In this document: piece by piece, positions 35,926 to 47,489 of the stretch | Layout: every line of letters starts with the position of its first letter | Position numbering within the stretch: position 1 is the first letter of the stretch | Source: Octopus sinensis | Lineage: Eukaryota | NCBI RefSeq assembly: GCF_006345805.1 | Contig: NW_021834168.1 | Coordinates: forward strand, 1 to 51,949 | DNA length: 51,949 nt | Reading direction: 5' to 3' | Made by a program: the position numbers and the translations under genes | The notes under the pieces: model-generated | Databases searched by the model: none | Seen by the model: the letters and a program-made list of their open reading frames with translations, nothing else | Told to the model about the DNA's origin: nothing

Positions 35926-37119
35926 GTTTTCTTTTACTTTTTTTCAGGCATTCGACTGCGGCCTTGCTGGAGCACCGCCTAAAGAGTTTTAGCCGAAGAA
36001 TTCGATTCCAGGACTTATTCTATCGTTGTCTTTTGCCGAACCGTTAATGTATATGTGCAGATTTGTATGTTTTGTTTTGTCTGTATTCTCAAGCATATAG
36101 TTGCATATCTAGACATGCTCATATATGTTTAAATGATAAACAGTTCTTAAAGATTTTTACAGTTCCAGTGATGGGTTGGATCTGTAGTCTTCGAATTAGC
36201 TTTCTCCTTTCTGGTTTTGAGAAGCCCAATTTCTCAAGATTGTTACTTAGGCAGTGTGTTACATATCCCATAGCTCTAATAATCACAGGTATAAACCTGA
36301 ACATTTAATCTGGATAGAGTAACTGCAGATTTCTCAATAGTTCAGCGTAGGTGTCCTCGTTTTCACTCATCTTCAGCTTTACGTTGACATCTGCTGGGTA
36401 GCTAATTTCCACAACTGTGCACAGTTTCTCTTCTCTATCCCAATTGTTGCGCTTACATTTTATTGAGGTCTTCATTGGGTATCTATGTGTGTATGTATGT
36501 ATGGTATGTATGTATGTAGTATGTATGTATGTATGTATGTATGTATGTATGTATGTTTTCTTTTACTTTTTTTCAGGCATTCGACTGCGGCCTTGCTGGA
36601 GCACCGCCTAAAGAGTTTTAGCCGAAGAATTCGATTCCAGGACTTATTCTATCGTTGTCTTTTGCCGAACCGTAATGTATATGTGCAGATTGTATGTTTT
36701 GTTTTGTCTGTATTCTCAAGCATATAGTTGCATATCTAGACATGCTCATATATGTTAAATGATAAACAGTTCTTAAAGATTTTTACAGTTCCAGTGATGG
36801 GTGGATCTGTAGTCTTCGAATTAGCTTTCTCCTTCTGGTTTTGAGAAGCCCAATTTCTCAAGATTGTTACTTAGGCAGTGTGTTACATATCCCATAGCTC
36901 TAATAATCACAGGTATAAACCTGAACATTTAATCTGGATAGAGTAACTGCAGATTTCTCAATAGTTCAGCGTAGGTGTCCTCGTTTTCACTCATCTTCAG
37001 CTTTACGTTGACATCTGCTGGGTAGCTAATTTCCACAACTGTGCACAGTTTCTCTTCTCTATCCCAATTGTTGCGCTTACATTTTATTGAGGTCTTCATT
37101 GGGTATCTATGTGTGTATG
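35926..37119. repeat. Tandem duplication with 629-bp period, bounded by (TATG)n
   Basis: Copy 1 starts at 35926, copy 2 at 36555. The unique parts differ by five single-T deletions in copy 2. Confidence 0.95.
36050..36478 (-). mobile_element. RLE-type (R4/Dong-like) non-LTR retrotransposon fragment: endonuclease C-terminus and start of the 3' UTR (duplicated at about 36677-37100)
   Basis: Minus frame: TSIKCKRNNWDREEKLCTVVEISYPADVNVKLKMSENEDTYAELLRNLQLLYPD*MFRFIPVIIRAMGYVTHCLSNNLEKLG..., matching (NRPDI)VxD...V.I..P.D.N...K..Y..L...PVIIGALG. The RPDI segment appears deleted. Confidence 0.75.
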
Positions 37120-37520
37120 TATGTATGTATGTATGATGTATGTATGTATGTATGTGTTCATGCGTGTATGTGTGAAGGTTTCTTTGGGATTTATTTATGA
37201 TTTCTCCTTCGCAGAATTCGCATATAAAGTGATAAGGCTCTTTTGTTTAAGCCTTGTCAAATCTTGGCGTTTGTAGTTATTTGAATTGCTTGATGTATGT
37301 CCGTCTGCGCGTTGTGCATATGCATGTGGATGCAGATAAACATGCACTGCTATAGTGGGTGTCCGTGTCACGTTAGGAAACCATGCGCGGGGTTTATTGC
37401 TGTTTGTGTGTGCGTGTGTGCATGTGCATTCGATATTCATTTGTGACTGTGTACGTATATTTAACCGGAATTCCTCAAATGATGAACTCTTGAAATATAC
37501 GCATGTACGTGCGTACATTG

Positions 37521-37791
37521 TGGAGGCACATGGTCTAGTGGTTAGAGCAGCGGACTCGCGGTCGCGGAATCGCGGGTTCGAATCTCAGACCGGGCGATGT
37601 GTGTGTTTATGAGCGAAACACCTAAGCTCCACGCGGCTGACTCTTTCGCCACAACTTTCTCTCACTCTTTTCTCCTGCATCTTGCAGCTCACCTGCGACG
37701 GACCGGCGTCCCGTCCAGGTGGGGAACCTATACGTCAAGGAAACCGGGAAACCGGCCCCAATGAGACAGGCGTGGCTCGAGAAGGAACAAA
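37521..37791 (+). mobile_element. tRNA-derived SINE, family C
   Basis: A box tggtctagtgg (37531-37541), B box ggttcgaatc (37575-37584), GC-rich body cctgcgacggaccggcgtcccgtccagg...gaaaccggg. Confidence 0.85.
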
Positions 37792-38394
37792 TGTACGCAC
37801 ATACATACATATACACACCCAGATACACACACATCTACACAGACAGGTGCACACACATATATATTTAAAATTGTTATATATATAAACAATTTGTTAACCT
37901 ACAAGGAGGCTTCCTTTTTTTGTCGCGAATAGATTTATGTAATTTAGCTTATAGCAACAATCTACAAGGAATATCTCAAATATTTTTTTATACTTCTAGT
38001 TGGTGTCGGTTTATGATTCTATTTCGCAGAGTATTACAATAATCTATACTTTTCTGTATGAACTGTGTCAGTTGCTTTAAAATAAACTAAATTTTCACTA
38101 TGGAACGAATGGAACGAAATTGAAGATATAGCATACATACATACATACATACATACATACATACATACATACATACATACATACACACTCACACACACAT
38201 ATATAAAACTACGAATTATTAATGATAGATTATCAATTCGGGCAAAATACTTTATAAGTTGCCTCTTAATACAAATACACCACTTCACTGATTGGAATAA
38301 AGCCACTCATAAGTACGGTTGATACTTAGGCGCACTCTGTCTTCTCTCTGCTTGTGCTCATGCCTCTTACATTCAGGTATTTCGTCGCAAGAAG

Positions 38395-38690
38395 GTTTGA
38401 AGGTGCAAGATTGGGCGAATATGTAGGGTCTGACAAAACTTCCCATCCATGCTCCAGTAACTTTTGTCACGTCTACGAAAAAGTGTGTGGTCTAGCACTG
38501 TCGTAATGAAAGACACTGCTCTTACGATAAAAAAAAAGTGCTGGATGATCGCTGCGTTTAATTTCCCAAGCTAGTAACTGTGTACATCTGAATTAACGCT
38601 CCTGTCCGTGGGAAGAAGCTCTTAAAAGACAACACCCTTCTAATCCCACGAAATAGAAATCATAACCATTTTCGGATGGAGTGTTGATTT
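38395..38690 (-). mobile_element. Mariner transposase catalytic-domain relic
   Basis: Frameshifted minus translation: HPKMVMISISWD*KGVVF*ELLP...FHYDSARPH...QKLLEHGWEVLSDPTYSPNLAPS. Confidence 0.8.
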
Positions 38691-38745
38691 AGAAGTTGTC
38701 AGTGGTTGATCACCGTTCTTTCACCATTTTTTAATGCTTTTTGTT

Positions 38746-38925
38746 GCCCCCCAACATCGCTTGACAACCGATGCTGGTGTGCTTACGTCCCCGTAACTTA
38801 GCGGTTCGGCAAAAGGGACACCGATAGAATAAGTACTAGGCTTACAAAGAATAAGTTCTGGGTCGATTTGCTCGACTAAGGGCGGTGCTCCAGCATGGCC
38901 ACAGTCAAATGACTGAAACAAATAA
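38746..38925 (+). mobile_element. SINE family A, 3' half
   Basis: ccccaacatcgcttgacaaccgatgctgg...cagtcaaatgactgaaacaa. Confidence 0.9.
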
Positions 38926-38934
38926 TAGAATCAA

Positions 38935-39057
38935 AGAATATATGTGCATGTCTAGATATGTAACTATACACATGAGAATACATACATAAAACATACAAAT
39001 CTGCACATACAGTTCTTTCTCAATTGGCAAGAAATCTTGAAATAAACTGAATAATGA
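38935..39057 (+). mobile_element. 3' UTR fragment of the same RLE-type LINE, ending at (CATA)n
   Basis: Overlaps both 36050-36130 (reverse complement) and 35447-35490 (reverse complement). Ends ...aaataaactgaataatga|catacatacata. Confidence 0.65.
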
Positions 39058-39557
39058 CATACATACATATACATATGAACGCACACACACACACGCCGAC
39101 CTACTCATACATACACATAAACACATATTTTGTCTAATGCAAACTCAGAAAAAATAATAAAAAAACTACTAAATAACCTAAAATAAAATAGCATAAAAAG
39201 AGAAAAAAAAGCTCAAATAAATAGAAATTAAGAAATTAAAAACAAAATTTATATTAAAAAAATTTAGAAAAAAAGAGAAATTGTCTCCTGGGAAGTCAAC
39301 ATATCAATCAATTTAAAAAGCTTAGTTTCAACCTTCATCTGTTTGCCGAATCTTTCTCTGATCTATTGCTGATCATTCCATTCTACCATTATCGAATTGA
39401 TCGCCCTAAGTGCGTTTCTTGTGTTTCTCACCGTTTCTTTCCTCATTCAATCTACCACTGCTGGATTTCATTTCTGAATCTGCTTAATTTTCTATCTATC
39501 TTACAGTCTTTGGTTTTTTTTCAGTTTAATTTGTGTCTTTCTGTTATATTTTTTTCT

Positions 39558-39970
39558 ATGTATGAACAAGTATATGTATGCATGTATGTATGTATGTATG
39601 TATGTATGTATGTATGTATGTATGCATGCATGTATGTATGTATGTATGTATGTATGTATGTATGTATGTATGTATGTTTGTATGTATGTTTGTATGTATG
39701 TATGTATATATGAATGTATGTATGTATGCATTTTTGAATAAATATATGTATGTATGTATTATGTAAGTATATATATATACGAATGTATGTATGTATGTAT
39801 CTATTTGTCTGTCTGTCTGATTGCCTGTCTGTATGTCATTCCGTCTGTCTATCCGTTTGTTTGCCCGTCTGTATGTCTGCCTGTCTGCCTGTTTGCCTGT
39901 CTGCCTGTCTGCCTGTCTGCCTGTCTTTCTCCCCTTTCTGCCTCTCTCTCTCTCTCTCACAGCATACCAC

Positions 39971-40043
<73 letters not shown>

Positions 40044-40048
40044 TTATG

Positions 40049-40092
<44 letters not shown>

Positions 40093-40095
40093 CAT
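39558..40095. repeat. Compound (TATG)/(CTGT,CTGC)/(TATC)/(TA)n field
   Basis: Directly visible. Confidence 0.9.
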
Positions 40096-40139
40096 ATACT
40101 CCTTTTCTGTTTGTCTTTCATTAGTACTTATCTCCAACG

Positions 40140-41135
40140 GGACCCTAACCACATCCACCACATTCATCGCAACCACCACAGCAACCACGACCACAACCAC
40201 AACCACAATCTCAACATCCAATTCAACCACCACATCCAACAAAACCAACACAACTAACATAATTCTCTGTAGCTCCGACTCCTTCCTCTTCTCCATCACC
40301 ATCGCTTCATAAACAACTTTTCAATCTTCATTATAACGGCATAATGTTTTCTAGGCCTTCATCCAGCTGCATTATCAATCTTTTGCTCCTTCGCATCGCC
40401 ACCACAACCACCATATCCACCCCCTAACTACCACTACCACTACAACCTCGACCACCTCAGCTATCATACCAACAGCGTCGCCACCATCACCGTTCTAACA
40501 GCAATAACAACAACAACCACCTTTATCATTATCAAAACATAATCCAACAAAAACCGCCATTACCACTATCACAACAAAAGCCATCCATCTACCTTCTGCC
40601 GCAAAATTGCTACCATTAGTGTCAAAAAACCATTACCATCTCCACCAGCACCACCAGTATCAGTAGCACCACCACAATAACCACCACCACCACCACCACC
40701 ACCGCCATCACCACCACCATCACCACCACCACCACCACCACCACCACCACTACCACTACCACCAGAAAGGCCACTACGAAGAGCGCAACCACAACCACCA
40801 CCACTATTATGGCGACGACAACTACCACCACTACCACCACCACCACCACCACCACCACTACCACCATTACCACCAGAAGTGCCACTATGAGGACCGCAAC
40901 CACAACCACCACCCCTACCACCAACACTACCACGACCAATACTACCATCACCACCACCACCACCACCACCACCAGAAGCACCACACCGAGGAGCGCAACC
41001 ACAACCATCAAAATCACCATTATGGCGACGATGACGACAACCACCACCACCACCACCACCACCAGAACCACCACCACCACAACCACAACACCCACCACCA
41101 CTACACCTTCACCGATGTTATCACCAATATCTGAT
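40140..41135. repeat. (ACC/ACA/ACT)n low-complexity tract with a higher-order repeat
   Basis: Triplet-rich. The motif accagaa..ccac.acgaggagcgcaaccacaacca recurs at about 40761, 40871 and 40971. Confidence 0.85.
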
Positions 41136-41504
41136 GAACAGTAGAGATGACTGTGATAAAAGATCATAATACTCAACACATTACATCGAGTATGTACACA
41201 AATTCAGTAGAAGCTTTGCCTCAAGTGTGTAAGTTTGTGCTTAGTTGATACTTTTGCATTTGAATACTTCTGTGTGTACGCACAGGAATATACAAACGTT
41301 GAGTTGCATCTGTATGTAGTTCAATGGACGGGCCGTGTCAGATTCTGTGTCTCTCAGAATCTCCCTGAGAACTACATATGCGTGTCAGTAGGAGGGGCGG
41401 GGCTTAGGCACTTACACGTCAATTTCACGAGCAGGCTGTTCCGTTGATCGAATGAAATAGAACACGCGTCATCGTAAGCGACGGCGAGCCAGGTCACATT
41501 CATT

Positions 41505-41529
41505 CACACACACAGACACAGACTCAGAC

Positions 41530-41560
<31 letters not shown>

Positions 41561-41569
41561 CACATACAC

Positions 41570-41662
<93 letters not shown>
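41505..41662. repeat. (CAGA)n/(CA)n microsatellite
   Basis: Directly visible. Confidence 0.95.
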
Positions 41663-41663
<1 letters not shown>

Positions 41664-41764
41664 TAGTTTTTCCATATATCTGAGGAATTGGAGAAGTTTT
41701 TCCATACGTCTACAAAACTTTCGGTAACAAGAGGAGATAATTCACCGGTTACACGACATATATA

Positions 41765-42570
41765 CAGGGTGTGATGGGTAAATTGTTGCCATTTTATATT
41801 TTTACTTTTGCGCATGCGAATTGTTTGTTTTTGATTTTGTCGACTACACAGCATAGTTGGGTTAGTTGGGCACCGTCTGTGAGAAAAACAACACCATGAC
41901 GAATTTCACTCTGCCAGAAATTTGGAAACGACATGCTGTATTGTGTGGCATTCGCCCCGGAATATTCAATAGGAGTAAATGATGAACACACAAAACAACC
42001 GTTGGTTTGCCGTGTCCTCAAAACATGTACCGAGTGTGATAAAAATCAAACATCCGGTCAACATCACGGCGTTTGGAGTGATTACTACTGAAGGCGACGT
42101 TATGCCTCCATTCACCTTCCAACGCGTCCTCAGACTCTATACGGAAGCCTACATCAAGTGCCTGGAGAAGGTAGTGCTGTCCAGGGTCAAGAGGGTGGCT
42201 ACTGGAAGACTCTATGTCTGGCAACAGGACTCTACACCATGCCACACAAACAGGAGAATCCAGTCATAGCTGTCGGACAATTTCTACGACAACACCACCC
42301 CTAACATCTGGCCACTTAACTCCCCAGACTGCAACCCCCTTGACTATTATGTGTAGGATGCTGTTGAGCGAGAGACCAACAAAACTCTCTGTAACACCAA
42401 AGTTGAACAGATGGCAAGGATTATAGGAGCATTCACCAATTTAAGCAAAAAACCGCCCAGAAGAGTTGCAGGAGATTTCGAAGTCGTTTGGATGCCGTGG
42501 TTGAAACCAATGGCAATTTTACTCTTTAGTATTTCAAGATATTTTTATGTAATTAAATGAAAATTATAAT
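41765..42570 (+). mobile_element. Internally deleted DD37D (maT/Bmmar1-type) transposon
   Basis: TA|CAGGGTGTGATGGG start. Translation ...VWQQDSTPCH...WPLNSPDCNPLDYYV has 37 residues between the catalytic Asps. C-terminus SCRRFRSRLDAVVETNG. No 3' TIR seen. Confidence 0.85.
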
Positions 42571-42573
42571 ATA

Positions 42574-43093
42574 CCGTAAATCCCCGAGCATAGTCCACCC
42601 TTGTGTATAATACGCAGGGGATTTTTAGGGGGCTGTACTTCTGAAAAATCTAAACCTTGTGTATAATACGCACCCTTCTTTAACTTAAGTCGTGCGTAAT
42701 TAAGCCAGCTGCACCTAGCTGAACAAACACTTCGGCGCATGCGTAATACAATAATGGTGATGTTCTTAACTGTTATATAGGAATGTAAATATGTTTGCAA
42801 ATTGTTTTTGTTACATGTTATTCTGTGTTCTGAATACTTTTATTTTAATAAATGTTGCTTACTGCGAGTTATGGATGATTCTTTTATGACTTCATTGTTT
42901 TCAGGCTTAGCTTAAGGTATTTTCGCGCCCGACATCACAAAATGCGTCTGAATAAACATTGCCGGGCAGCAAATAGAGACACGGATATTGCTTAGAAAAT
43001 GTTTTTCATTTTTAACCTCGTACATAGTACACACTAGGGATTTTGATCTTTAAATTTTGGGAAAAAATGCGGATTATCCTCGAGGATTTACGG
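42574..43093. mobile_element. Pogo/Tigger-like MITE (520 bp), TA on both sides
   Basis: TA|CCGTAAATCCCCGAGCATAGTCC...GGATTATCCTCGAGGATTTACGG|TA; subterminal repeat ccttgtgtataatacgca occurs twice. Confidence 0.85.
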
Positions 43094-43700
43094 TACGTAA
43101 TAATATAGATGGCTAAAGCAATTAAAAGCCAAAAAGTTAGAATACATAAATAAGGATGTAAAATAGCACGTACAATTGCTAGAAATAAGAGTTAAAAATA
43201 TAATTCGAATAACCACACAAAATCAACCTCATGAGATGTTCAAAGGGACTGCGAGCCATAACATCTTTCTCTAGCGAGAGAAAACTCACTGGATGAAGTA
43301 ATTTGATAAGACCGTATTATAAGATTTCGAAATTTAACCAATAAAATTTCGTTTCTCTTCAGGGAAATCCACAAATTACTCAGGGTTAAAGAGATAGCTT
43401 GCCTCCCAGTAGCTCGTGAGGACAGCGAACGCCAAATTTAAAAGCGTTTTGAGTGTATATAAGCATACGATAAGATATTATAACGATAAATTAATATTAT
43501 GACATATTGAATACGTTATAATATAGATGGCTAAAGCAGTTAAAAGCCACAAAGGTAGAATACATAAATAAGGGTGCTTAATAGCACCTACAATTGCTAG
43601 AAATAAGAGCTAAAAATATAACTCGAATAGCCAGACAAAATCACCAACTTCATGAGATGTTCAAAGGGACTGCGAGCGGCAAGCCACAACATCTCTCTCC
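43094..43700. repeat. Diverged ~180-bp direct repeats with ~418-bp period
   Basis: taatatagatggctaaagca...catgagatgttcaaagggactgcgagc at about 43094-43272 and 43512-43700. Confidence 0.9.
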
Positions 43701-43763
43701 ATACGGTGAACTGGCAGAATTGTTAGCATGTCGGACAAAAATGCCTAGTGACCTTTTTTTCTA

Positions 43764-43893
43764 GGCGCAGGAGTGGCTGTGTGGTTCCACTGTGTGGCAC
43801 CTTGGGTAAGTGTCTTCTACTATAGCCTCGGGCCGACCAAGGTTGTGAGTGGATTTGGTAGACGGAAACTGAAAGAAGCCCGTCATATATATG

Positions 43894-43926
<33 letters not shown>

Positions 43927-43934
43927 TATATATA

Positions 43935-44009
<75 letters not shown>

Positions 44010-44220
44010 GTATGTGTGTGTATATGTTTCACCTCACCCCAACATCGCTTGACAACTTGATGCTGGTGTGCGTACGTCCCCGTAACTTAGCGGTTCGGCG
44101 AATGGGACCGATAGAATAAGTACTGGGCTTACAAAGAATAAGTCCTGGGGTCGATTTGCTCGACTAAAAGGCGGTGCTCCAGTATGGCCGCAGTCAAATG
44201 ACTGAAACAAGTAAAAGAGT
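43764..44220 (+). mobile_element. SINE family A with head deletion and expanded internal (TA)n
   Basis: ggcgcaggagtggctgtgtggttccactgtgtggcaccttggg...aagaagcccgtc(TA)n...gactgaaacaagtaaaagag. Confidence 0.9.
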
Positions 44221-44560
44221 AGATACATAGGCTATGTTAAAAATTAAAATGTAGATAGGAGACTTTAAAATGTAGTATCCAAACCTTGCTTTGGGTATGT
44301 TCCTAGTATAGTAACACGTTCACAACTTGAGAGCACGTTCACAACTTACGGGTACAAGGCGGCATCCACAATACTGCATTTTAGTCGCAGGATCTATGCA
44401 AGGAATTCCTCGGTGCACGTTTAGTATATTTCAAATAATTGATAGGGAAGACACTGTACTGTAAGCTTTATTTAGCACGACGATCGTTTCGGCTTACATC
44501 TGCACTACTCCCTAGTGGATGGGGGACGATATAATGGAATCCAATGCACAAACGATACTG

Positions 44561-44896
44561 CTATTTTAACCACAGGACTACAACCCCTCCAGCTGGTTAT
44601 TCATTGTACTTCACACTCAATATACATGGCAAGCAGGCAGAGAACTACCTACTATTCTAGCAAAACCAGTGGTTATGTGACACTGTTTTTCTATATATTG
44701 CAAGCTGGAATAAACTACTGCTGTGTCTACGACGAGTATCCATCACTGACGATGTTTGAAATCAGATCGAAATCACGTGATCTGGTGGTCTCCGAGCTAA
44801 AATAGTAGGGAGTTCTCTCTTCGCTTGCAATATGTATCGAGTGCGAAACGCACTGAAGAACCGGCTGGAGGAGGTGTCCTCCTGGGGTTAAAACAG
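44561..44896. repeat. Imperfect inverted repeat with ~100-bp arms and a ~135-bp spacer
   Basis: 44561-44661 aligns with the reverse complement of 44796-44896. Confidence 0.85.
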
Positions 44897-45464
44897 AAAT
44901 TGCTATAGAACACCCACGGTTAAGTGGCGACAACCATTACTTATATATAGATATATATACGTTTGTATGTGTGTGTGTGTGTCTGTGTGTATATTTTTTA
45001 TGATAAAATTAATGTCATCACTACTTGGTGCTTGTGTACCTCAAGCAGGGTCCAATCAAATGCGAGCTTTCCGTGTTGTCAGCTCTCCATTTGTAGGATA
45101 ATTTCCTTCACACCATTCCACTTAAAGACCTTCCAAAGTGTCATAGGCATTACCATCTCTCTTGACTTAGTGATAAAAAATATTCTTCCTGGAGATTTTC
45201 GAGATTTCGAATTTGTTTACAAAACACATCACTTTATGTCACACATAAGTATGTATGTATGTATGTATGTATGTATGTATGTATGTATGTATGTATGTAT
45301 GTATGTATATATCTTCAATCAATTGATGCTCTGTGTTCCTATCTCTCTCTTTCTGTCTCTGCCTATCTCTTTCTATCTCTGTCTCTGTCTCTCTCTTTCT
45401 ATCTATCTATATGTGCCTGTCTATTTTGCAGATATATAGATATATATATTCACACACACAAAAA

Positions 45465-45507
<43 letters not shown>

Positions 45508-46023
45508 TATATATATTGCATAAGCACGTATACATTCATGCATATACATACATACATATGTATTTGTATATAAATCAATACATATGCATGTACTGATAGA
45601 CAGCTAGATAGATAGATAGAAAGATAGATACACAGATAAATAGATAGATAGACAGACAGACAAATATATATATATATATATATATACATGCATACGTACA
45701 TATGTTTGAACAAATATTTGCAGTTACAGCTCAAATTTCCTTTGGTATAAAATTTGTTTCTGAAATTGACGAACGCTTAGAGTAGAGAATTGTATACACA
45801 AGGAAAATTACATTTCAACTTCTCTAACAATGCCGCGTTTTTTGCCTTACGTCAATCACAAACGGATGTAAACAAATCTACCTGGAGCAAACATACATTT
45901 GGTTGTCCTGCTGTTAATCAGTCCCGATGTATTCAGTGTCAGGTTCTTTAGAAACTATGCAACGTTGAACATTCAGAAATGTCTTCTTTCTTTTTTGAAA
46001 ATTTAGACATGAAAAGAAACTTT

Positions 46024-46581
46024 AAAGAAACGTGACGTTATCACCATATGCGGGTATCGCGCACCTCATCAGTTTTCTTTTCTTATATGTACGCATATAA
46101 GAATATCTAAGTATATATGCACATATATATGATTATGAACATATATATATATGTATGTATGTATGTATGTATGAATGTATGTATGTTTGTATGTATGTAT
46201 GTATGTTTGTATGTATGTATGTATGTATGTATGTTGTATGTATGTATGTATGTATGCATGCATGCATGCATGTATGTATTGTATGTATATATATATATAT
46301 CTATATATACATGTATAATATAGATATATAGATATAGCAGATATATATATATATAGTATTATATATACATACATACAGACATACATGCATGCATACATAC
46401 ATACATACATACATAATACATACATACATATACATATACGTATAGATATATTATATATATATATATATATACATACAATATATATATATTCATAACATAT
46501 ATAGATATTTTTATATGTATACATATAAGAAAAGAAAGCTTATGAGGTGCGCGATAACCGCATATGGTGATAACACACGTT

Positions 46582-46585
<4 letters not shown>
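46024..46585. repeat. Foldback element: ~85-bp unique inverted arms around mirrored (TATG)n/(CATA)n tracts
   Basis: aagaaacgtgacgttatcaccatatgcgggtatcgcgcacctcat... versus ...atgaggtgcgcgataaccgcatatggtgataacacacgttctt. Confidence 0.9.
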
Positions 46586-46631
<46 letters not shown>

Positions 46632-46685
46632 TATATATATATAATATATATATATGTATGTATATATATATATCTATATATATGG

Positions 46686-46735
<50 letters not shown>

Positions 46736-46962
46736 ATATATATGAACATACACACACACACCACACACACTATATATATATACATATATACAATATATAT
46801 ATGCGTATATGTATTAAAAACCACAAGTTAAAGTGGTACGTTGTGCGTGGTATATGGTATATATATATATATTGCATGTATGTATGTATACATATATGTG
46901 TGTATATATTATAATATTATGATATATATATATATACACAAACATACAAACACACATAAACA

Positions 46963-47002
<40 letters not shown>

Positions 47003-47489
47003 CATGCATACATACACACATATACACTGTAAAATAAACCACCTATGTAAATTATAGTTATGTCAATGCGTGCGTGAGTTTATGCTTGTGTTTGTGTGTG
47101 TGTGTGTGAGGGAGAGAGAGGAGAGAGAGGGAGAGGGAGAGAGAGAAAGTCAGATGAACGGAAGATTGCCTCCATTGGAAAAGGCGTATGTGTGTGTGTT
47201 TGTGTGTATTTGTGTTTGTTTATCTATGCGGTGTGTCGTGTGTTAAGCATCCATCGGCTATATAATTTTTACTATCTTTATGTGATCTGGTATTCCTGGT
47301 GGCGGTGATGGCCTTTGATTATCCCCCTTAAGCGGTATGAACAAGATGCTTACATGCATCAAAAGACTGTATGTGAAGTTCTCTCAAGTTTACTTTCGCA
47401 GTATTCTGTGTTCTAACACAACATTCACTTTTAAGTGGGGATAAATTACCTTTTGGTATTAATACTATTTCTAACGCCATTGATTAGTT

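Noticed and set aside
37521-37600. tRNA gene
   Set aside because: It has A and B boxes but no clean acceptor stem, and it continues into a SINE body. The same applies to the A and B family heads.
40622-41179. Val-rich 185-aa minus ORF resembling a membrane protein
   Set aside because: It is the antisense reading of the (ACC)n tract.
43317-43365. Second hammerhead-like motif on the minus strand (CUGAAGA...stem...GAAA)
   Set aside because: There are five extra bases before stem II and no credible stems I and III.
45050-45230. KSPG-containing minus frame suggesting a LINE RT relic
   Set aside because: Only one short motif, with no further support.
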